Assembly (NCBI RefSeq): GCF_006345805.1
Contig: NW_021832348.1
Span: forward strand, 1-30,830
Length of the DNA: 30,830 nt
Direction: 5' to 3'
Origin: Octopus sinensis
Taxonomy: Eukaryota
The translations under genes were made by a program, and so were the position numbers. Below are positions 23,643 through 30,830 of this stretch, one piece after another. The stretch's first letter is position 1. Each line of letters begins with the position of its first letter. The notes beneath the pieces were generated by a model, which had not been told where the DNA came from, searched no databases, and saw nothing but the letters and a program-made list of their open reading frames with translations.

Positions 23643-24123
23643 CCAAATTTGCTCAAGTTTACATACGTACACAGACATACAAATATATATTTAATAAGGT
23701 GTGCGTGTGTGTGTGTGTGTGTATAGTAGTATGAACTCACACACATGTATTTATGTACATGTGTATACAACACAAGTATGTATATATGTATTTGTCTATG
23801 TGTGTGTGTGTGTGTGTGTAAGACTGAGAGAGAGAGAGAATACATACGTGTATGTATATATATACACACACACACGTGTATGTATATATATATATATGTA
23901 TACACACACCGTAGAATTGAATGAAGTGAATGTACAAAGTAGAATTTTAAAATAAAATCTAAGTGGCAAAAAAATAAAACTGAAGAGAAATTAAAGAAAA
24001 CAGAGGAAAATCCAAAAATCCAAGAGAAAATACTTCCATGAAAAAATTGAAATAAGTAAATCAGTTTAAGAATGAAGGCATTTTACAAGTGAGGAATTGT
24101 AAAAGAGGGAGAAGACTGTGATA

Positions 24124-24166
<43 letters not shown>

Positions 24167-24234
24167 CTGTCTCTTTCTCTCTTCCTCTCTTTCTATATAT
24201 CAATCTATCTATCTGAGTTCTCTCTCTCTTTCTG

Positions 24235-24318
<84 letters not shown>

Positions 24319-24560
24319 CATACATATATTTATATATTTGTCTGTCTGTATATATGACTATCTATCTATCTATCTGTCTATCTATCTATATATTTGTAGG
24401 TTTCTATCTTTCATTCTATCAATTTTCCTGACTTTTCCTGACGGACGTGCGTACAACGTATGTATGTATGTATGTATGTATGTATGTATGTATGTATGTA
24501 TGTATGTATGTATGTATGTATGTATGTATGGTAAGTATATATGATATGTATGTATGTATG
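23340..24560. repeat. (TA)/(TACA)/(TG)/(CT)/(TATC)/(TGTA) microsatellite cluster with short A-rich unique gaps
   Basis: Direct reading. Confidence 0.9.
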
Positions 24561-24781
24561 TCTGTACGTATCTTTGTATGTACTTATGTATATACCTGTC
24601 TGTGTAGAAACACGTACATATACCAACTCTTTTTCTCTCGCTCACTCTCTCTCTCTCTCTCTCTCTCTCTCATTCTCTGACACACATAATGTCTGTCTTA
24701 TAGATTTTCAAATATTTAAACTCAGAAATTAATAAAAGAGTTCATGCAAGTCTAGAAAATCTGTAACGCATGCATCGTCTT

Positions 24782-24950
24782 CACGCCGGACAAAGTACTT
24801 AGCGCAATTTTGTCTGTCTTTACGTTCTGAGTTCAAATTCCGCCGAGGTCGATTTTGTGTTTAATCTGTCGAGGTCGATAATATAAAGTACCAGTTGAGT
24901 ACTTATTACCTCCCCTGAAATTACTGGCCTTATGTCAAACTTTGAAACGA
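24782..24950 (+). mobile_element. Family A SINE lacking the extreme 5' end and with an internal deletion
   Basis: cacgccggacaaag...ctgagttcaaattccgccgaggtcga...gtaccagttgagtac/ttacctcccctgaaattactggcc. Confidence 0.8.
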
Positions 24951-25085
24951 GAATTTCATGTCTGATTGTTCATGTATGTATGCCGCACCGAGTGTCTTGC
25001 ATGAAAGAGACATTATACCTACTTTCATAGTTGCTGGGCAAACAAATTACAAATTTTGCTTCTTGCTTCCTTTGCCTAATGAGTG

Positions 25086-25325
25086 AAGGTATGTGGCATG
25101 GTGATTAGGGTGTCGGGCTCATGATTGCATGATTGTGGTTTCAATTCCTGATCCGGACGATGCGTTATATTATTGAGCAAAACACTTCATTTCACATTAC
25201 TCCAATCCACTCAGCTGGCAAAAATGCGTAACCCTGTGATGGACCGGCGTCCATCCACAGAGGGAATATACACGCCATGGAAATAGGAAATCCCGCCCTA
25301 TGAGCTATGTGGCCGGGGAAATAAC
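25086..25325 (+). mobile_element. tRNA-derived SINE (family D)
   Basis: A-box-like tggcatggtgattagg, B-box-like ggtttcaattcc, central ttgagcaaaacacttcatttcac, then cctgtgatggaccggcgtccatcc; head shared with 30294. Confidence 0.65.
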
Positions 25326-26250
25326 TTTATTCCGTATCCTATCTAATGAAGAGCACTAATTTCTGTGATTATAGTTTATTAGGGATTCAAACACGCACGT
25401 TGAACAAAGATAAGCGAACCTTTATTGTTTAAGGTTTAATTTAACCCCAAAACTGCGAAAGATTATGCATTCTGGGAACACATATACATAACGTTTCCAT
25501 CCCTCCTTGAAACAACTCACACATTGAATTTTTAAATGGTTGCTTGATGCTAACAAACAGCCTTGTGGACAACTTCAGAAATGACAATTTGGTACTTCAG
25601 AATGCATTGAAGTAGCCGATGTTCTTTCAAGAGTCTGAGAAATATATTGGTTTTAAAAACCGACAGAACAGAACACAAAGAATTGACGAGGCGTAATTGT
25701 TTTATGATGCCTTCAGCATTCTCTTACATGCATCAAGAAGACGGTGGTTATGAGATTTGGTAACCCTATGAGGAAATCAAATAACCATCTTGTGCGAGGA
25801 TTTTCATTGTTATCGCTTCGTGACCCGCTCAGTCTCATGAACACGCCTGCGCTCTTGTCAGGGTTTATTGCAACGCTATGCGATATGTTTATAAAGACAG
25901 CGCTGAAAGACTACATAACATAAAAAGTGTCTTCTTACGAACTTGGATGGTCCACATTTGAACATTTGCGCTATGGTACTGGGTCAAATGTCTTACGTCA
26001 TGTCTGACTAAAACAGCAATACTGATGAATTATGCTGTTGGTGAAGATCTGTTTGTCCCCAAACATTCCAGTCATTTCCAGTAAAATCTCATTTGTTTTT
26101 AAAACTCTGAAGGTCCTTGTTAGTATATGTTTTGCCATGTCCGTCAGCAAATCCCCAAAAATCAAACGGTGAAAGCGGCTAAATTAATGCTGGATCATCT
26201 CTAATTCCATCAGTATATATCAGTTGGTCGCTCTCTTGGATAAATACTAA

Positions 26251-26467
26251 TTTCTTTATTGCCCACAAGGGGTTAAACATAGAGGGGACAAACAAGGGAT
26301 TAAGTCGATTACATCGACCCCAGTGCGTAACTGGTACTTAATTTATCGACCCCGAAAAGATGAAAAGCAAAGTCGACTTCGGAGGAATTTGAACTGAGAA
26401 CCTAACAGCAGACGAAATAACGCTGAGCATTTCGCCCGGCGTGCTAACGTTTCTGCCAGCTCGCCGC
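26251..26467 (-). mobile_element. Family A SINE, full-length and well preserved
   Basis: Reverse complement gcggcgagctggcagaaacgttagcacgccgggcgaaatgctc...gttcaaattcc...taagtaccagttacgcactggggtcgatg...gggcaataaagaaa. Confidence 0.9.
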
Positions 26468-26856
26468 TTTCTGTTGGATAAATATTGATGGTGTAGAGAG
26501 ATGGAACTTGAATTTCTCAAAAACTTGCGTCCAGGTTTACACAAACATGTTGCAGAAAGATGGTCAATACTGACCGGCAGAGACACTACAAACCGGTTAA
26601 TTTATGTGACCAAACTGAAAAATAGAGTAATCTTGTCGTTTATGAAAAGGGAATAAACAGCGTGAATGTGTATTGGGTGAGAATCGAAACCAAGGCGCCG
26701 TAAAAAGTTACGTTTTATTTCAGCATTGATATACACACTTCATAATAACCCGCACATCATCTCTTATTCCTCCAACTTCACATTGTGTTTGTCTTTTACT
26801 TCAATTACTTGTCTCTGTCTCTGTCTCTCTCTCTCTGCCTCTTTATCTATCTGTCA

Positions 26857-26924
<68 letters not shown>

Positions 26925-26935
26925 TCTATATATAT

Positions 26936-26990
<55 letters not shown>

Positions 26991-26993
<3 letters not shown>

Positions 26994-27178
26994 GGTCCCG
27001 GGTTGAGTCGGGGTTAACCACTCTAAATAAGGTACTCAATACATAGCAGAGTAAATTAATTTATTTTATAGAAGGAGCTTCTACAGGACTAGAACTGTTT
27101 CATTCAAAAGAAATCATCAGGAAGATTTCTTTTGAATGAAACAGTTCTAGTCCTGTAGAAGCTCCTTCTATAAAATAA

Positions 27179-27180
<2 letters not shown>
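26991..27180 (-). mobile_element. Fold-back element 1 in (TA)n: perfect 57-bp inverted repeat (27059-27115 / 27124-27180, 8-nt loop) plus a 68-bp unpaired extension
   Basis: Arms checked base by base as exact reverse complements; (TA)n on both sides. Confidence 0.8.
27078..27124 (-). ncRNA. Putative type I hammerhead ribozyme
   Basis: Minus strand: CUUC-CUGAUGA-u UUC uuuu GAA u-GAAA-CAG uucuaguc CUG-UA/GAAG. Stem I CUUC/GAAG; stem II 3 bp with a U-U closing mismatch; stem III ACAG/CUGU; predicted cleavage between 27082 and 27081. Confidence 0.65.
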
Positions 27181-27210
<30 letters not shown>

Positions 27211-27443
27211 ATATACGAGCAAAACGCCCGCCGCCCAATGGACGGTGCTGGGTTGGCAAACATTTAAACCAAATTTTCTCAAGATAACTTGTCCGACCGT
27301 CCCATAGGCCTCTCCTTTGCAAAACACTGATTTAACCTAAATTTGAGACACCGGCAAAAGAAGAAATAAAGATAGACTTTTTTTTCTATTCCAAAGAAAA
27401 ACGATTTTATTCAAACAAATATGCAACCGAAGAGTGTAAAGTA

Positions 27444-27662
27444 CCAGTAAGTACATCACAACAGCTGATGTACTTGTGCGTACAAATGCACGTTCTCGCG
27501 GCTTTATCGATCGCATTCTCACCTGGAATCGAATTTTGTAATTTTCTCACGCCCTGATACCGTCGGTATCTACTTATCAAATTTGAGCACAATCGGATGG
27601 AGGATGCCCGAGATCCTAGAAGACACACATACAGACAGACAGAACAGATTTTATATAATAGA
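27444..27662 (-). mobile_element. Short non-autonomous Helitron-like element (219 bp)
   Basis: Minus strand: A|TCTATTATATAAAATCTGTTCTGTCTGTCTG 5' end; 10-bp hairpin aagtacatca/tgatgtactt (27449-27475) immediately before CTGG|T (CTRR end, A/T target); no TSD. Confidence 0.65.
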
Positions 27663-28096
27663 TATATTATATTTATATGTGTCTGTGTGTGTGTGCACAT
27701 GTATTTTTCACTCACGTCCTCCTTCTTCCTCCTTTTCTCACTTTCACTGCTCGACTCTAGATTCAACTCCATACAATTGGCCATTGTTACAGTAGCAAGA
27801 TCAAAAACAATCGCTGAAATACAAAATATTGTAAAGAAACCTGAACAAATCGTAAAATGAAGATAGGTAGGTTTTGGTAAGGAGAAGGGGCTAAGCAGGA
27901 GAAGGCAAAAATGTGGTTGCGATAAAGATGTATGTGAATGAGTAGGTGAAGGTTAAGGCCACACACTGTGTTCATGTGGCCCCTGGCGCTGTATGATACC
28001 ATGGGGTTTCAACAGATTCTTCAATCAAACTTAGAGTTTTCAAATGAAGTTTAATAACAATTACCGTTAACCTGTTGTTGAACTTGCTAAATTCGC

Positions 28097-28191
28097 CCGC
28101 TAGCTGGCGCTGCGAGAGCCACAGAGCCACCAATCAGCTAGTGCAGGGTAATGACGACAGAGATCAAAAACGAGGTTCATCGTCATCCAAT
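28097..28191 (+). promoter_or_regulatory. Candidate regulatory cluster: CTCF-like motif plus two CCAAT boxes
   Basis: CCGCTAGCTGGCGCTG at 28097-28112 resembles CTCF core CCACYAGRKGGCGC; CCAATCAG at 28130; CCAAT at 28187. Motif match only. Confidence 0.25.
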
Positions 28192-28724
28192 CGATACACG
28201 GTGTTTCTGTGTACGATGGAGAAGAGAATGTAAATAATGAAATAGAGAAAGTGATAGGGAGAGAGAGAAAGAGAGAGAGAGGGAGAGGGAGAGAAAGAAA
28301 GAGACGGAGAGTCAAAGAGACGGAGAGTCAAAGAGAGAAAGAGAGAGAGAGACACACACACACAGAGAAAAGAGATGCAGACAGCATTACAAACAACATA
28401 TAGCAAACACACAAAGAATCAAAGAATCACACATACACATATACACGCGCACGCACACGCCACACACACATATGGACACACATATGCACGCAGACACACA
28501 CACACACACACACGCATACACACACACACATGCACACAGACATACAGACCCAGATACAGAGGTATGAGACATTCATAGACGATTATATACATACATGCAT
28601 ATATAAATAAATATATATATATATATATATACATAAAATATTATTAGAGACAAAACCACTATTTTGCAAAAAACAAGGAAAGACTAATCAATACATAAAA
28701 TTTTAATAAATAGTCAAAAAACCG

Positions 28725-28770
28725 CCACTACAATTGTTCTTGTCTTGATCGACAATCTTCAGGTGGACTT
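28725..28770 (-). ncRNA. Inverted copy of the same hammerhead lacking one A of GAAA (probably inactive)
   Basis: Minus strand CCAC-CUGAAGA-UUGUC gaucaa GACAA-GAA-CAAUUG-UA-GUGG. Confidence 0.6.
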
Positions 28771-28828
28771 CCAATAAGTCAGTTTCAAATTATGAAGTCA
28801 TACTTCATAATTTGAACTGACTTATTGG

Positions 28829-28881
28829 AAGTCCACCTGAAGATTGTCGATCAAGACAAGAAACAATTGTAGTGGCGGCTT
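28829..28881 (+). ncRNA. Putative minimal type I hammerhead ribozyme
   Basis: AAGU-CCAC-CUGAAGA(28837-28843)-UUGUC gaucaa GACAA-GAAA(28860-28863)-CAAUUG-UA/GUGG-cg-GCUU. Stem I 4+4 bp, stem II 5 bp, short stem III with palindromic CAAUUG; predicted cleavage after 28871. Confidence 0.8.
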
Positions 28882-29049
28882 TTTTTTGACTTTTTAAAAA
28901 TTTTATGTATGATTAAGTCTTTCCTTGTTTGTTTTGCAAAATAGTGGTTTTGTCTCTAATAATATTTTATAATATTTTACTATAAAATTGGATTTAATCC
29001 TAAATCTGATTTTTCCCCGTAAATTTGGATTTATCCCTAATATTTATTA

Positions 29050-29050
29050 T

Positions 29051-29114
<64 letters not shown>

Positions 29115-29390
29115 TATATACATATATATGTATATAATATAGATATATGTATATATATATATAATGGTATATATATATATGTATATATATATATGTATAT
29201 ATATATATGTATATATTATATATTATATATATATATATACATATATATAATATTATATATATTATATATATATGTATATATATATGATATATATTATATA
29301 TATGTATATATATATATAATATATATATATATATATAATATATATATATATATATAACCTACATTATATATACAGGCGCGCGAACGCGCA
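29050..29390. repeat. Long interrupted (TA)n tract
   Basis: Direct reading. Confidence 0.95.
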
Positions 29391-30293
29391 CATATCACGT
29401 ACACATGAGCACTGAAGCAGAGACAGAAAGCGCGCGCAATGATAAAGAGAAAGAGAGAAAGAGAGTCGGACAGAATTACTCCGGCTTCTATTTAACCTAA
29501 TCACCTACAAAACTTATTAAATTTTACTTCACTTCATTCTTCATTCATCATTCTTCATTCGTCATTCTTTTACAACTTAAATCATTTTTCTCCTGCTCCC
29601 CCTGCTCCCCCTGCTCTTCCTCCTTCTCTTCCTCCTCCTCCCCTCCTCTTCCTCCTCCTCCCCCTCCTCCCATTCCTAATGCTCATACTGCTCTTTTTCC
29701 CGTTCATATTTTTCTCCCATTTTGAACTCCTACAGTTTTTTTTATCAAGAACATCACAGAGTCCTCGCCGCCGTCGTCGCCATCATCAACATCATCATCA
29801 TCATCATCATTTCCACCAACGACATTAACAGCAGCATGGAGCGGGGGGGGGGGGGCGACGGCAGCAGTGCCTTCGCGGTTGCCCGTTTTATCTTTCGCTA
29901 GTTCTTCTTATATTAAGTGCATATGTGTGTATATATACGTGTGTATTCTTACACATACACAACTCTACTTTCATTTCATGCACAGGCACATACATAGCCA
30001 CATATATAGAGAGGGATAAGCATTATATATGCACCATACAAGTGTTACATGCATACATATGTCTTTACATACATAAATATGTATATACATTGACAGATAA
30101 AGGGATACATTGACAAATAAAGGGATGTATCCCTAAAGCTCGAAATAGCGAAATATATATATATATTCTTCAGAAAATCCAGGAAAAGGTGTTGAAAGCT
30201 GCTCTGAAGAGTGCATGTATGAAAGATAGATTGAATTACGTTGCTATAGCTGCTCTATCTATTATTTATTTATGGGCTATATTTGTTCGTTCT

Positions 30294-30612
30294 GGAGGCG
30301 CTGGCCCAGTGGTTAGGGCAGCAGACTCAAGGTCATAGGATCGCGTTGTGAGTATTTATTGAGCAAAAACCCTTAAAGCTCCTCGAAATTCCGGCAGCGG
30401 GTGGTGGTGAACCCTACTATACTATTTCACCACAAATTTCTCCCACTCTTTCTTCCTGTTTCTATTGTACCTGTATTTCAAAGGGTCAGCCTTGTCACAC
30501 TCTGTGTCATGTATCTGTGGAGTGCTCAGCCACTTGCACGTTAATTTCACAAGCAGGCTATTCCGCTGATTGGATCAACTGGAACCCACGTCGTCGTAAC
30601 CGACGGAGTGCC
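30294..30612 (+). mobile_element. tRNA-derived SINE (family D-related head), internally deleted
   Basis: ggaggcgctggcccagtggttaggg A-box-like head, ttgagcaaaa motif shared with 25086, 3' end ...ggatcaactggaacccacgtcgtcgtaaccgacggagtgcc as recalled for octopus SINEs. Confidence 0.65.
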
Positions 30613-30639
30613 GTAGTAATGCTTGTTGATTAAAATAGG

Positions 30640-30830
30640 GTCTTTTATACTAGGTTTCCCAATGTTTCTTTTTCTAGCTTCATTGGAGAGCTTAGATGTC
30701 TTGGATGTAGCAGTTCCATAGATGTATTTTGGTGGAAGACGCATTAGCATAAATGTATCCTTTAACCCGTGTGTGAACTCGCCTAATGGCACTTCCGTTG
30801 TACAATTGATTACATCTGCTACACGTGATT
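30640..30830 (-). pseudogene. Penelope-like GIY-YIG endonuclease remnant, continuing beyond the window end
   Basis: Frame 30829-30692 reads ITCSRCNQLYNGSAIRRVHTRVKGYIYANASSTKIHLWNC, matching PLE EN pattern xxCxxC..YIG.T.R.LH.R..EH...SS..KH...C; a second frame gives LSNEARKRNIGKPSI, similar to the terminal EA...KP.IN motif. Confidence 0.65.

Larger units (their letters stand above)
28633..29045 (+). mobile_element. Fold-back element 2 in (TA)n: about 338-bp imperfect palindrome (28633-28970, centre about 28800) plus about 75-bp unpaired extension
   Basis: ataaaatattattagagacaaaaccac...ttatgaagt cat acttcataa...gtggttttgtctctaataatattttat; (TA)n on both sides. Confidence 0.85.

Noticed and set aside
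25700-26230. Possible decayed DNA transposase (LDGPHLN resembling the hAT-type DGPNVN on +; PLSPFDFWG on -)
   Set aside because: Isolated short motifs, conflicting strands, many stops and no termini; needs an HMM search to support.
30547-30792. 81-aa minus-strand ORF as a host exon
   Set aside because: It spans a SINE 3' end; the informative similarity (PLE GIY-YIG) lies mostly in a different, interrupted frame.

Overview
AT-rich, microsatellite-saturated eukaryotic non-coding DNA (intronic or intergenic). The SINE families and repeat load resemble an Octopus/coleoid cephalopod genome; that assignment is inferred from recalled repeat consensus, not from a search. I cannot support any intact host protein-coding gene, and almost all ORFs in the track are read-throughs of di-, tri- and tetranucleotide repeats. 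The window holds two TA-flanked mariner deletion derivatives, three decayed Penelope-like (PLE) coding fragments (RT core FIDD; RT thumb plus GIY-YIG; GIY-YIG), two 5'-truncated R4/Dong-type REL-endonuclease LINE ends in (TAA)n arrays, a short Helitron-like element, many tRNA-derived SINE copies, a GGCT-based higher-order minisatellite, and several local direct and inverted duplications. The most notable signal is two unrelated head-to-head fold-back elements embedded in (TA)n tracts (about 27.0-27.2 kb and 28.6-29.0 kb). Each carries a type I hammerhead-ribozyme fold, suggesting non-autonomous PLE pseudo-LTR or retrozyme-like elements. A circularly permuted SINE inside a 122-bp duplication (20.4-21.1 kb) is also unusual.
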